From contig OZ024758.1 in the NCBI GenBank assembly GCA_964016885.1, forward strand, positions 37,634,001-37,698,000: 64,000 nt of DNA. Direction: 5' to 3'. The notes under the pieces were generated by a model, which saw only the letters and a list, made by a program, of their open reading frames with translations, made no database searches and was not told the DNA's origin. The position numbers were made by a program, and so were the translations under genes. Source of the DNA: Eledone cirrhosa. Taxonomy: Eukaryota. Each line of letters starts with the position of its first letter. The first letter of the stretch is position 1. Below are positions 11,701-25,938 of the stretch, in pieces.

Positions 11701-14700
11701 CTGTTGGTGAGAATTCATTTAAGTCATGGTATTAGTTGTCAGAAGTAACTCCAATGTTGGTGAGAATTCATTTAAGTTCATGGTATTAGCTGTCAGAAGG
11801 AACTCCACTGTTGGTGAGAATTCATTTAAGTTCATGGTATTAGCTGTCAGAAGGAACTCCAATGTTGGTGAGAATTCATTTAAGTCATGGTACTAGCTGT
11901 CAGAAGTAACTCCACTGTTGGTGAGAATTCATTTAAGTTCATGGTATTAGCTGTCAGAAGTACCTCCACTGTTGGTGAGAATTCATTTAAGTTCATGGTA
12001 CTAGCTGTCAGAAGTAACTCCAATGTTGGTGAGAATTCATTTAAGTTCATGGTATTAGCTGTCAGAAGGAACTCCACTGTTGGTGAGAATTCATTTAAGT
12101 TCATGGTATTAGCTGTCAGAAGTAACTCCACTGTTGGTGAGAATTCATTTAAGTCATGGTATTAGCTGTCAGCAGTAACTCCATTGTTGGTGAGAATTCA
12201 TTTAAGTCATGGTACTAGCTGTCAGAAGGAACTCCACTGTTGGTGAGAATTCATTTATGCTCATGGTATTAGTTTGTCAGAAGTAACTCCACTGTTGGTG
12301 AGAATTCATTTAAGTCATGGTATTAGTTGTCAGAAGTAACTCCAATGTTGGTGAGAATTCATTTAAGTTCATGGTACTAGCTGTCAGAAGTAAATCCACT
12401 ATTGGTGAGAATTCATTTAAGTTCATGGTATTAGCTGTCAGAAGTAACTCCACTGTTGGTGAGAATTCATTTAAGTCATGGTATTAGCTGTCAGAAGTAA
12501 CTCCAATGTTGGTGAGAATTCATTTAAGTCATGGTACTAGCTGTCAGAAGTAACTCCAATGTTGGTGAGAATTCATTTAAGTTCATGGTATTAGCTGTCA
12601 GAAGTAACTCCACTGTTGGTGAGAATTCATTTAAGTTCATGGTATTAGCTGTCAGAAGTAACTCCACTGTTGGTGAGAATTCATTTAAGTCATGGTATTA
12701 GCTGTCAGAAGTAACTCCAATGTTGGTGAGAATTCATTTAAGTCATGGTACTAGCTGTCAGAAGTAACTCCAATGTTGGTGAGAATTCATTTAAGTTCAT
12801 GGTATTAGCTGTCAGAAGTAACTCCACTGTTGGTGAGAATTCATTTAAGTTCATGATATTAGCTGTCAGAAGTAACTCCACTGTTGGTGAGAATTCATTT
12901 AAGTTCATGGTATTAGCTGTCAGAAGTAACTCCACTGTTGGTGAGAATTCATTTAAGTTCATGGTATTAGCTGTCAGAAGGAACTCCAATGTTGGTGAGA
13001 ATTCATTTAAGTCATGGTACTTGCTGTCAGAAGTAACTCCACTGTTGGTGAGAATTCATTTAAGTTCATGGTATTAGCTGTCAGAAGGAACGCCACTGTT
13101 GGTGAGAATTCATTTAAGTTCATGGTATTAGCTGTCAGAAGTAACTCCACTGTTGGTGAGAATTCATTTAAGTTCATGGTATTAGCTGTCAGAAGTACCT
13201 CCACTGTTGGTGAGAATTCATTTAAGTTCATGGTATTAGCTGTCAGAAGGAACTCCAATGTTGGTGAGAATTCATTTAAGTCATGGTACTAGCTGTCAGA
13301 AGTAACTCCACTGTTGGTGAGAATTCATTTAAGTTCATGGTATTAGCTGTCAGAAGGAACTCCAATGTTGGTGAGAATTCATTTAAGTCATGGTACTAGC
13401 TGTCAGAAGTAACTCCACTGTTGGTGAGAATTCATTTAAGTTCATGGTATTAGCTGTCAGAAGTACCTCCACTGTTGGTGAGAATTCATTTAAGTTCATG
13501 GTACTAGCTGTCAGAAGTAACTCCAATGTTGGTGAGAATTCATTTAAGTTCATGGTATTAGCTGTCAGAAGGAACTCCACTGTTGGTGAGAATTCATTTA
13601 AGTTCATGGTATTAGCTGTCAGAAGTAACTCCACTGTTGGTGAGAATTCATTTAAGTCATGGTATTAGCTGTCAGAAGTAACTCCATTGTTGGTGAGAAT
13701 TCATTTAAGTCATGGTACTAGCTGTCAGAAGGAACTCCACTGTTGGTGAGAATTCATTTATGTTCATGGTATTAGTTTGTCAGAAGTAACTCCACTGTTG
13801 GTGAGAATTCATTTAAGTCATGGTATTAGTTGTCAGAAGTAACTCCAATGTTGGTGAGAATTCATTTAAGTTCATGGTACTAGCTGTCAGAAGTAACTCC
13901 ACTGTTGGTGAGAATTCATTTAAGTTCATGGTATTAGTTTGTCAGAAGTAACTCCACTGTTGGTGAGAATTCATTTAAGTCATGGTATTAGTTGTCAGAA
14001 GTAACTCCAATGTTGGTGAGAATTCATTTAAGTTCATGGTACTAGCTGTCAGAAGTAAATCCACTATTGGTGAGAATTCATTTAAGTTCATGGTATTAGC
14101 TGTCAGAAGTAACTCCACTGTTGGTGAGAATTCATTTAAGTCATGGTATTAGCTGTCAGAAGTAACTCCAATGTTGGTGAGAATTCATTTAAGTCATGGT
14201 ACTAGCTGTCAGAAGTAACTCCAATGTTGGTGAGAATTCATTTAAGTTCATGGTATTAGCTGTCAGAAGTAACTCCACTGTTGGTGAGAATTCATTTAAG
14301 TTCATGGTATTAGCTGTCAGAAGTAACTCCACTGTTGGTGAGAATTCATTTAAGTCATGGTATTAGCTGTCAGAAGTAACTCCAATATTGGTGAGAATTC
14401 ATTTAAGTCATGGTACTAGCTGTCAGAAGTAACTCCAATGTTGGTGAGAATTCATTTAAGTTCATGGTATTAGCTGTCAGAAGTAACTCCACTGTTGGTG
14501 AGAATTCATTTAAGTTCATGATATTAGCTGTCAGAAGTAACTCCACTGTTGGTGAGAATTCATTTAAGTTCATGGTATTAGCTGTCAGAAATAACTCCAC
14601 TGTTGGTGAGAATTCATTTAAGTTCATGGTATTAGCTGTCAGAAGTAACTCCACTTTTGGTGAGAATTCATTTAAGTTCATGGTATTAGCTGTCAGAAGG

Positions 14701-14790
14701 AACTCCAATGTTGGTGAGAATTCATTTAAGTCATGGTACTAGCTGTCAGAAGTAACTCCACTGTTGGTGAGAATTCATTTAAGTTCATGG
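8766..14790 (+). repeat. HOR with 2528-bp (47-monomer) period: two near-complete copies plus a partial third from ~13390
   Basis: ORF offsets 8874/11402, 9359/11887 and 10217/12745 are 2528, then 2474 after loss of one monomer (10540/13014). Local markers: GAATCCATT, GCTTTCAG, AGTACCTCC, TTTATGCTC, AAATCCACTATT, ATGATATT, GTACTTGC. ORFs 13390 and 14410 repeat 9359 and 10217. Confidence 0.9.
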
Positions 14791-16159
14791 TATTAGCTGT
14801 CAGAAGGAACGCCACTGTTGGTGAGAATTCATTTAAGTTCATGGTATTAGCTGTCAGAAGTAACTCCACTGTTGGTGAGAATTCATTTAAGTTCATGGTA
14901 CTAGCTGTCAGAAGTAACTCCAATGTTGGTGAGAATTCATTTAAGTTCATGGTATTAGCTGTCAGAAGGAACTCCACTGTTGCTGAGAATTCATTTAAGT
15001 TCATGGTATTAGCTGTCAGAAGTAACTCCACTGTTGGTGAGAATTCATTTAAGTTCATGGTACTAGCTGTCAGAAGTAACTCCACTGTTGGTGAGAATTC
15101 ATTTAAGTTCATGGTATTAGCTGTCAGAAGTCACTCCAATGTTGGTGAGAATTCATTTAGGTTCATGGTATTAGCTGTCAGAAGTCACTCCACTGTTGGT
15201 GAGAATTCATTTAAGTTCATGGTACTAGCTGTCAGAAGTAACCCCAATGTTGGTGAGAATTCATTTAAGTTCATGGTATTAGCTGTCAGAAGTCACTCCA
15301 ATGTTGGTGAGAATTCATTTAAGTTCATGGTATTAGCTGTCAGAAGTAACTCCACTGTTGGTGAGAATTCATTTATGTTCATGGTATTAGTTTGTCAGAA
15401 GTAACTCCACTGTTGGTGAGAATTCATTTAAGTCATGGTATTAGTTGTCAGAAGTAACTCCAATGTTGGTGAGAATTCATTTAAGTTCATGGTATTAGCT
15501 GTCAGAAGGAACTCCACTGTTGGTGAGAATTCATTTAAGTTCATGGTATTAGCTGTCAGAAGGAACTCCAATGTTGGTGAGAATTCATTTAAGTCATGGT
15601 ACTAGCTGTCAGAAGTAACTCCACTGTTGGTGAGAATTCATTTAAGTTCATGGTATTAGCTGTCAGAAGGAACGCCACTGTTGGTGAGAATTCATTTAAG
15701 TTCATGGTATTAGCTGTCAGAAGTAACTCCACTGTTGGTGAGAATTCATTTAAGTTCATGGTACTAGCTGTCAGAAGTAACTCCAATGTTGGTGAGAATT
15801 CATTTAAGTTCATGGTATTAGCTGTCAGAAGGAACTCCACTGTTGGTGAGAATTCATTTCAGTTCATGTTATTAGCTGTCAGAAGGAACTCCACTGTTGG
15901 TGAGAATTCATTTAAGTTCATGGTATTAGCTGTCAGAAGTAACTCCTCTGTTGGTGAGAATTCATTTAAGTTCATGGTATTAGCTGTCAGAAGTAACTCC
16001 ACCGTTGGTGAGAATTCATTTAAGTTCATGGTACTAGCTGTCAGAAGTAACTCCAATGTTGGTGAGAATTCATTTAAGTTCATGGTATTAGCTGTCAGAA
16101 GTAACTCCACTGTTGGTGAGAATTCATTTAAGTTCATGGTATTAGCTGTCAGAAGTAAC

Positions 16160-19100
16160 TCCACTGTTGGTGAGAATTCATTTAAGTTCATGGTATTAGC
16201 TGTCAGAAGTAACTCCACTGTTGGTGAGAATTCATTTAAGTTCATGGTACTAGCTGTCAGAAGTAACTCCAATGTAGGTGAGAATTCATTTAAGTTCATG
16301 GTATTAGCTGTCAGAAGTAACTCCACTGTTGGTGAGAATTCATTTAAGTCATGGTATTAGCTGTCAGAAGTAACTCCACTGTTGGTGAGAATTCATTTAA
16401 GTTCATGGTATTAGCTGTCAGAAGTAACTCCACTGTTGGTGAGAATTCATTTAAGTTCATGGTACTAGCTGTCAGAAGTAACTCCAATGTTGGTGAGAAT
16501 TCATTTAAGTTCATGGTATTAGCTGTCAGAAGTAACTCCACTGTTGGTGAGAATTTATTTAAGTTCATGGTATTAGTTTGTCAGAAGTAACTCCACTGTT
16601 GGTGAGAATTCATTTAAGTCATGGTATTAGTTGTCAGAAGTAACTCCAATGTTGGTGAGAAGTCATTTAAGTTCATGGTACTAGCTGTCAGAAGTAACTC
16701 CACTGTTGGTGAGAATTCATTTAAGTTCATGGTAATAGCTGTCAGAAGTAACTCCACTGTTGGTGAGAATTCATTTAAGTCATGGTATTAGCTGTCAGAA
16801 GTAACTCCAATGTTGGTGAGAATTCATTTAAGTCATGGTACTAGCTGACAGAAGTAACTCCAATGTTGGTGAGAATTCATTTAAGTTCATGGTATTAGCT
16901 GTCAGAAGTAACTCCACTGTTGGTGAGAATTCATTTAAGTTCATGGTATTAGCTGTCAGAAGTAACTCCACTGTTGGTGAGCATTCATTTAAGTCATGGT
17001 ATTAGCTGTCAGAAGTAACTCCAATGTTGGTGAGAATTCATTTAAGTTCATGGTATTAGCTGTCAGAAGTCACTCCACTGTTGGTGAGAATTCATTTAAG
17101 TTCATGGTACTAGCTGTCAGAAGTAACCCCAATGTTGGTGAGAATTCATTTAAGTTCATGGTATTAGCTGTCAGAAGTCACTCCAATGTTGGTGAGAATT
17201 CATTTAAGTTCATGGTATTAGCTGTCAGAAGTAACTCCACTGTTGGTAAGAATTCATTTAAGTTCATGGTATTAGCTGTCAGAAGTAACTCCACTGTTGG
17301 TGAGAATTCATTTAAGTTCATGGTATTAGCTGTCAGAAGGAACGCCACTGTTGGTGAGAATTCATTTAAGTTCATGGTATTAGCTGTCAGAAGTAACTCC
17401 ACTGTTGGTGAGAATTCATTTAAGTTCATGGTACTAGCTGTCAGAAGTAACTCCAATGTTGGTGAGAATTCATTTAAGTTCATGGTATTAGCTGTCAGAA
17501 GGAACTCCACTGTTGCTGAGAATTCATTTAAGTTCATGGTATTAGCTGTCAGAAGTAACACCACTGTTGGTGAGAATTCATTTAAGTTCATGGTACTAGC
17601 TGTCAGAAGTAACTCCACTGTTGGTGAGAATTCATTTAAGTTCATGGTATTAGCTGTCAGAAGTAACTCCACTGTTGGTGAGAATTCATTTAAGTTCATG
17701 GTATTAGCTGACAGAAGTCACTCCACTGTTGGTGAGAATTCATTTAAGTTCATGGTACTAGCTGTCAGAAGTAACTCCAATGTTGGTGAGAATTCATTTA
17801 AGTTCATGGTATTAGCTGTCAGAAGTAACTCCACTGTTGGTGAGAATTCATTTAAGTTCATGGTATTAGCTGTCAGAAGTAACTCCACTGTTGGTGAGAA
17901 TTCATTTAAGTTCATGGTATTAGCTGTCAGAAGTAACTCCACTGTTGGTGAGAATTCATTTAAGTTCATGGTACTAGCTGTCAGAAGTAACTCCAATGTT
18001 GGTGAGAATTCATTTAAGTTCATGGTACTAGCTGTCAGAAGTAACTCCACTGTTGGTGAAAATTCATTTAAGTTCATGGTATTAGTTTGTCAGAAGTAAC
18101 TCCACTGTTGGTGAGAATTCATTTAAGTCATGGTATTAGTTGTCAGAAGTAACTCCAATGTTGGTGAGAATTCATTTAAGTTCATGGTATTAGCTGTCAG
18201 AAGGAACTCCACTGTTGGTGAGAATTCATTTAAGTTCATGGTATTAGCTGTCAGAAGGAACTCCAATGTTGGTGAGAATTCATTTAAGTCATGGTACTAG
18301 CTGTCAGAAGTAACTCCACTGTTGGTGAGAATTCATTTAAGTTCATGGTATTAGCTGTCAGAAGGAACGCCACTGTTGGTGAGAATTCATTTAAGTTCAT
18401 GGTATTAGCTGTCAGAAGTAACTCCACTGTTGGTGAGAATTCATTTAAGTCATGGTATTAGCTGTCAGAAGTAACTCCATTGTTGGTGAGAATTCATTTA
18501 AGTCATGGTACTAGCTGTCAGAACTAACTCCAATGTTGGTGAGAATTCATTTAAGTCATGGTACTAGCTGTCAGAAGTAACTCCAATGTTGGTGAGAATT
18601 CATTTAAGTTCATGGTATTAGCTGTCAGAAGGAACTCCACTGTTGGTGAGAATTCATTTAAGTTCATGGTATTAGCTGTCAGAAGTAACTCCACTGTTGG
18701 TGAGAATTCATTTAAGTTCATGGTATTAGCTGTCAGAAGTAACTCCACTGTTGGTGAGAATTCATTTAAGTTCATGGTACTAGCTGTCAGAAGTAACTCC
18801 AATGTTGGTGAGAATTCATTTAAGTTCATGGTATTAGCTGTCAGAAGTAACTCCACTGTTGGTGAGAATTCAGTTAAGTCATGGTATTAGCTGTCAGAAG
18901 TAACTCCAATGTTGGTGAGAATTCATTTAAGTTCATGGTATTAGCTGTCAGAAGTAACTCCACTGTTGGTGAGAAATCATTTAAGTTCATGGTATTAGCG
19001 GTCAGAAGTAACTCCACTGTTGGTGAGAATTCATTTAAGTTCATGGTACTGGCTGTCAGAAGTAACTCCACTGTTGGTGAGAATTCATTTAAGTTCATGG

Positions 19101-22100
19101 TATTAGTTTGTCAGAAGTAACTCCACTGTTGGTGAGAATTCATTTAAGTCATGGTATTAGTTGTCAGAAGTAACTCCAATGTTGGTGAGAATTCATTTAA
19201 GTTCATGGTACTAGCTGTCAGAAGTAAATCCACTGTTGGTGAGAATTCATTTAAGTTCATGGTATTAGCTGTCAGAAGTAACTCCACTGTTGGTGAGAAT
19301 TCATTTAAGTCATGGTATTAGCTGTCAGAAGTAACTCCAATGTTGGTGAGAATTCATTTAAGTTCATGGTATTAGCTGTCAGAAGTAACTCCACTGTTGG
19401 TGAGAATTCATTTAAGTTCATGGTACTAACTGTCAGAAGTAACTCCAATGTAGGTGAGAATTCATTTAAGTTCATGGTATTAGCTGTCAGAAGTAACTCC
19501 ACTGTTGGTGAGAATTCATTTAAGTCATGGTATTAGCTGTCAGAAGTAACTCCACTGTTGGTGAGAATTCATTTAAGTTCATGGTATTAGCTGTCAGAAG
19601 TAACTCCACTGTTGGTGAGAATTCATTTAAGTTCATGGTACTAGCTGTCAGAAGTAACTCCAATGTTGGTGAGAATTCATTTAAGTTCATGGTATTAGCT
19701 GTCAGAAGTAACTCCACTGTTGGTGAGAATTTATTTAAGTTCATGGTATTAGTTTGTCAGAAGTAACTCCACTGTTGGTGAGAATTCATTTAAGTCATGG
19801 TATTAGTTGTCAGAAGTAACTCCAATGTTGGTGAGAATTCATTTAAGTTCATGGTACTAGTTGTCAGAAGTAACTCCACTGTTGGTGAGAATTCATTTAA
19901 GTTCATGGTAATAGCTGTCAGAAGTAACTCCACTGTTGGTGAGAATTCATTTAAGTCATGGTATTAGCTGTCAGAAGTAACTCCAATGTTGGTGAGAATT
20001 CATTTAAGTCATGGTACTAGCTGTCAGAAGTAACTCCAATGTTGGTGAGAATTCATTTAAGTTCATGGTATTAGCTGTCAGAAGTAACTCCACTGTTGGT
20101 GAGAATTCATTTAAGTTCATGGTATTAGCTGTCAGAAGTAACTCCACTGTTGGTGAGCATTCATTTAAGTCATGGTATTAGCTGTCAGAAGTAACTCCAA
20201 TGTTGGTGAGAATTCATTTAAGTTCATGGTATTAGCTGTCAGAAGTCACTCCACTGTTGGTGAGAATTCATTTAAGTTCATGGTACTAGCTGTCAGAAGT
20301 AACCCCAATGTTGGTGAGAATTCATTTAAGTTCATGGTATTAGCTGTCAGAAGTCACTCCAATGTGGGTGAGAATTCATTTAAGTTCATGGTATTAGCTG
20401 TCAGAAGTAACTCCACTGTTGGTAAGAATTCATTTAAGTTCATGGTATTAGCTGTCAGAAGTAACTCCACTGTTGGTGAGAATTCATTTAAGTTCATGGT
20501 ATTAGCTGTCAGAAGGAACGCCACTGTTGGTGATAATTCATTTAAGTTCATGGTATTAGCTGTCAGAAGTAACTCCACTGTTGGTGAGAATTCATTTAAG
20601 TTCATGGTACTAGCTGTCAGAAGTAACTCCAATGTTGGTGAGAATTCATTTAAGTTCATGGTATTAGCTGTCAGAAGGAACTCCACTGTTGCTGAGAATT
20701 CATTTAAGTTCATGGTATTAGCTGTCAGAAGTAACACCACTGTTGGTGAGAATTCATTTAAGTTCATGGTACTAGCTGTCAGAAGTAACTCCACTGTTGG
20801 TGAGAATTCATTTAAGTTCATGGTATTAGCTGTCAGAAGTAACTCCACTGTTGGTGAGAATTCATTTAAGTTCATGGTATTAGCTGACAGAAGTCACTCC
20901 ACTGTTGGTGAGAATTCATTTAAGTTCATGGTACTAGCTGTCAGAAGTAACTCCAATGTTGGTGAGAATTCATTTAAGTTCATGGTATTAGCTGTCAGAA
21001 GTAGCTCCACTGTTGGTGAGAATTCATTTAAGTTCATGGTATTAGCTGTCAGAAGTAACTCCACTGTTGGTGAGAATTCATTTAAGTTCATGGTATTAGC
21101 TGTCAGAAGTAACTCCACTGTTGGTGAGAATTCATTTAAGTTCATGGTACTAGCTGTCAGAAGTAACTCCAATGTTGGTGAGAATTCATTTAAGTTCATG
21201 GTACTAGCTGTCAGAAGTAACTCCACTGTTGGTGAAAATTCATTTAAGTTCATGGTATTAGTTTGTCAGAAGTAACTCCACTGTTGGTGAGAATTCATTT
21301 AAGTCATGGTATTAGTTGTCAGAAGTAACTCCAATGTTGGTGAGAATTCATTTAAGTTCATGGTATTAGCTGTCAGAAGGAACTCCACTGTTGGTGAGAA
21401 TTTATTTAAGTTCATGGTATTAGCTGTCAGAAGGAACTCCAATGTTGGTGAGAATTCATTTAAGTCATGGTACTAGCTGTCAGAAGTAACTCCACTGTTG
21501 GTGAGAATTCATTTAAGTTCATGGTATTAGCTGTCAGAAGGAACGCCACTGTTGGTGAGAATTCATTTAAGTTCATGGTATTAGCTGTCAGAAGTAACTC
21601 CACTGTTGGTGAGAATTCATTTAAGTCATGGTATTAGCTGTCAGAAGTAACTCCATTGTTGGTGAGAATTCATTTAAGTCATGGTACTAGCTGTCAGAAC
21701 TAACTCCAATGTTGGTGAGAATTCATTTAAGTCATGGTACTAGCTGTCAGAAGTAACTCCAATGTTGGTGAGAATTCATTTAAGTTCATGGTATTAGCTG
21801 TCAGAAGGAACTCCACTGTTGGTGAGAATTCATTTAAGTTCATGGTATTAGCTGTCAGAAGTAACTCCACTGTTGGTGAGAATTCATTTAAGTTCATGGT
21901 ATTAGCTGTCAGAAGTAACTCCACTGTTGGTGAGAATTCATTTAAGTTCATGGTACTAGCTGTCAGAAGTAACTCCAATGTTGGTGAGAATTCATTTAAG
22001 TTCATGGTATTAGCTGTCAGAAGTAACTCCACTGTTGGTGAGAATTCAGTTAAGTCATGGTATTAGCTGTCAGAAGTAACTCCAATGTTGGTGAGAATTC

Positions 22101-22322
22101 ATTTAAGTTCATGGTATTAGCTGTCAGAAGTAACTCCACTGTTGGTGAGAAATCATTTAAGTTCATGGTATTAGCTGTCAGAAGTTACTCCACTGTTGGT
22201 GAGAATTCATTTAAGTTCATGGTACTGGCTGTCAGAAGTAACTCCACTGTTGGTGAGAATTCATTTAAGTTCATGGTATTAGTTTGTCAGAAGTAACTCC
22301 ACTGTTGGTGAGAATTCATTTA
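16160..22322 (+). repeat. Near-tandem duplication with 3176-bp (59-monomer) period
   Basis: ORF offsets 16351/19527, 16996/20172, 18558/21734 and 18881/22057 are all 3176. Shared markers: AATGTAGG (16271/19447), GAATTTATT (16551/19727), GAGCATTC (16979/20155), GTGAAAATT (18056/21232). Confidence 0.93.
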
Positions 22323-25300
22323 AGTTCATGGTATTAGCTGTCAGAAGGAACTCCAATGTTGGTGAGAATTCATTTAAGTCATGGTACTAGCTGTCAGAAG
22401 TAACTCCACTGTTGGTGAGAATTCATTTAAGTTCATGGTATTAGCTGTCAGAAGGAACGCCACTGTTGGTGAGAATTCATTTAAGTTCATGGTATTAGCT
22501 GTCAGAAGTAACTCCACTGTTGGTGAGAATTCATTTAAGTTCATGGTACTAGCTGTCAGAAGTAACTCCAATGTTGGTGAGAATTCATTTAAGTTCATGG
22601 TATTAGCTGTCAGAAGGAACTCCACTGTTGCTGAGAATTCATTTAAGTTCATGGTATTAGCTGTCAGAAGTAACTCCACTGTTGGTGAGAATTCATTTAA
22701 GTTCATGGTACTAGCTGTCAGAAGTAACTCCACTGTTGGTGAGAATTCATTTAAGTTCATGGTATTAGCTGTCAGAAGTCACTCCAATGTTGGTGAGAAT
22801 TCATTTAGGTTCATGGTATTAGCTGTCAGAAGTCACTCCACTGTTGGTGAGAATTCATTTAAGTTCATGGTACTAGCTGGCAGAAGTAACTCCAATGTTG
22901 GTGAGAATTCATTTAAGTTCATGGTATTAGCTGTCAGAAGTCACTCCAATGTTGGTGAGAATTCATTTAAGTTCATGGTATTAGCAGTCAGAAGTAACTC
23001 CACTGTTGGTGAGAATTCATTTATGTTCATGGTATTAGTTTGTCAGAAGTAACTCCACTGTTGGTGAGAATTCATTTAAGTCATGGTATTAGTTGTCAGA
23101 AGTAACTCCAATGTTGGTGAGAATTCATGTAAGTTCATGGTATTAGCTGTCAGAAGGAACTCCACTGTTGGTGAGAATTCATTTAAGTTCATGGTATTAG
23201 CTGTCAGAAGGAACTCCAATGTTGGTGAGAATTCATTTAAGTCATGGTACTAGCTGTCAGAAGTAACTCCACTGTTGGTGAGAATTCATTTAAGTTCATG
23301 GTATTAGCTGTCAGAAGGAACGCCACTGTTGGTGAGAATTCATTTAAGTTCATGGTATTAGCTGTCAGAAGTAACTCCACTGTTGGTGAGAATTCATTTA
23401 AGTTCATGGTACTAGCTGTCAGAAATAACTCCAATGTTGGTGAGAATTCATTTAAGTTCATGGTATTAGCTGTCAGAAGGAACTCCACTGTTGGTGAGAA
23501 TTCATTTAAGTTCATGGTATTAGCTGTCAGAAGTAACTCCACTGTTGGTGAGAATTCATTTAAGTTCATGGTATTAGCTGTCAGAAGTAACTGCACCGTT
23601 GGTGAGAATTCATTTAAGTTCATGGTACTAGCTGTCAGAAGTAACTCCAATGTTGGTGAGAATTCATTTAAGTTCATGGTATTAGCTGTCAGAAGTAACT
23701 CCACTGTTGGTGAGAATTCATTTAAGTTCATGGTATTAGCTGTCAGAAGTAACTCCACTGTTGGTGAGAATTCATTTAAGTTCATGGTACTAGCTGTCAG
23801 AAGTAACTCCAATGTTGGTGAGAATTCATTTAAGTTCATGGTAATAGCTGTCAGAAGGAACTCCACTGTTGCTGAGAATTCATTTAAGTTCATGGTATTA
23901 GCTGTCAGAAGTAACTCCACTGTTGGTGAGAATTCATTTAAGTTCATGGTACTAGCTGTCAGAAGTAACTCCACTGTTGGTGAGAATTCATTTAAGTTCA
24001 TGGTATTAGCTGTCAGAAGTAACTCCACTGTTGGTGAGAATTCATTTAAGTTCATGGTATTAGCTGACAGAAGTCACTCCACTGTTGGTGAGAATTCATT
24101 TAAGTTCATGGTACTAGCTGTCAGAAGTAACTCCAATGTTGGTGAGAATTCATTTAAGTTCATGGTATTAGCTGTCAGAAGTAACTCCACTGTTGGTGAG
24201 AATTCATTTAAGTTCATGGTATTAGCTGTCAGAAGTAACTCCACTGTTGGTGAGAATTCATTTAAGTTCATGGTATTAGCTGTCAGAAGTAACTCCACTG
24301 TTGGTGAGAATTCATTTAAGTTCATGGTACTAGCTGTCAGAAGTAACTCCAATGTTGGTGAGAATTCATTTAAGTTCATGGTACTAGCTCTCAGAAGTAA
24401 CTCCACTGTTGGTGAGAATTCATTTAAGTTCATGGTATTAGTTTGTCAGAAGTAACTCCACTGTTGGTGAGAATTCATTTAAGTCATGGTATTAGTTGTC
24501 AGAAGTAACTCCAATGTTGGTGAGAATTCATTTAAGTTCATGGTATTAGCTGTCAGAAGGAACTCCACTGTTGGTGAGAATTCATTTAAGTTCATGGTAT
24601 TAGCTGTCAGAAGGAACTCCAATGTTGGTGAGAATTCATTTAAGTCATGGTACTAGCTGTCAGAAGTAACTCCACTGTTGGTGAGAATTCATTTAAGTTC
24701 ATGGTATTAGCTGTCAGAAGGGACGCCACTGTTGGTGAGAATTCATTTAAGTTCATGGTATTAGCTGTCAGAAGTAACTCCACTGTTGGTGAGAATTCAT
24801 TTAAGTTCATGGTACTAGCTGTCAGAAGTAACTCCAATGTTGGTGAGAATTCATTTAAGTTCATGGTATTAGCTGTCAGAAGGAACTCCACTGTTGGTGA
24901 GAATTCATTAAAGTTCATGGTATTAGCTGTCAGAAGTAACTCCACTGTTGGTGAGAATTCATTTAAGTCATGGTATTAGCTGTCAGAAGTAACTCCATTG
25001 TTGGTGAGAATTCATTTAAGTCATGGTACTAGCTGTCAGAAGTAACTCCAATGTTGGTGAGAATTCATTTAAGTCATGGTACTAGCTGTCAGAAGTAACT
25101 CCAATGTTGGTGAGAATTCATTTAAGTTCATGGTATCAGCTGTCAGAAGTAACTCCAATGTTGGTGAGAATTCATTTAAGTTCATGGTATTAGCTGTCAG
25201 AAGTAACTCCACTGTTGGTGAGAATTCATTTAAGTTCATGGTATTAGCTGTCAGAAGTAACTCCACTGTTGGTGAGAATTCATTTAAGTTCATGGTATTA

Positions 25301-25938
25301 GCTGTCAGAAGTAACTCCACTGTTGGTGAGAATTCGTTTAAGTTCATGGTATTAGCTGTCAGAAGTAACTCCACTGTTGGTGAGAATTCATTTAAGTTCA
25401 TGGTATTAGCTGTCAGAAGTAACTCCACTGTTGGTGAGAATTCATTTAAGTTCATGGTATTAGCTGTCAGAAGGAACTCCAATGTTGGTGAGAATTCATT
25501 TAAGTCATGGTACTAGCTGTCAGAAGTAACTCCACTGTTGGTGAGAATTCATTTAAGTTCATGGTATTAGCTGTCAGAAGGAACGCTACTGTTGGTGAGA
25601 ATTCATTTAAGTTCATGGTATTAGCTGTCAGAAGTAACTCCACTGTTGGTGAGAATTCATTTAAGTTCATGGTACTAGCTGTCAGAAGTAACTCCAATGT
25701 TGGTGAGAATTCATTTAAGTTCATGGTATTAGCTGTCAGAAGGAACTCCACTGTTGCTGAGAATTCATTTAAGTTCATGGTATTAGCTGTCAGAAGTAAC
25801 TCCACTGTTGGTGAGAATTCATTTAAGTTCATGGTACTAGCTGTCAGAAGTAACTCCACTGTTGGTGAGAATTCATTTAAGTTCATGGTATTAGCTGTCA
25901 GAAGTCACTCCAATGTTGGTGAGAATTCATTTAGGTTC

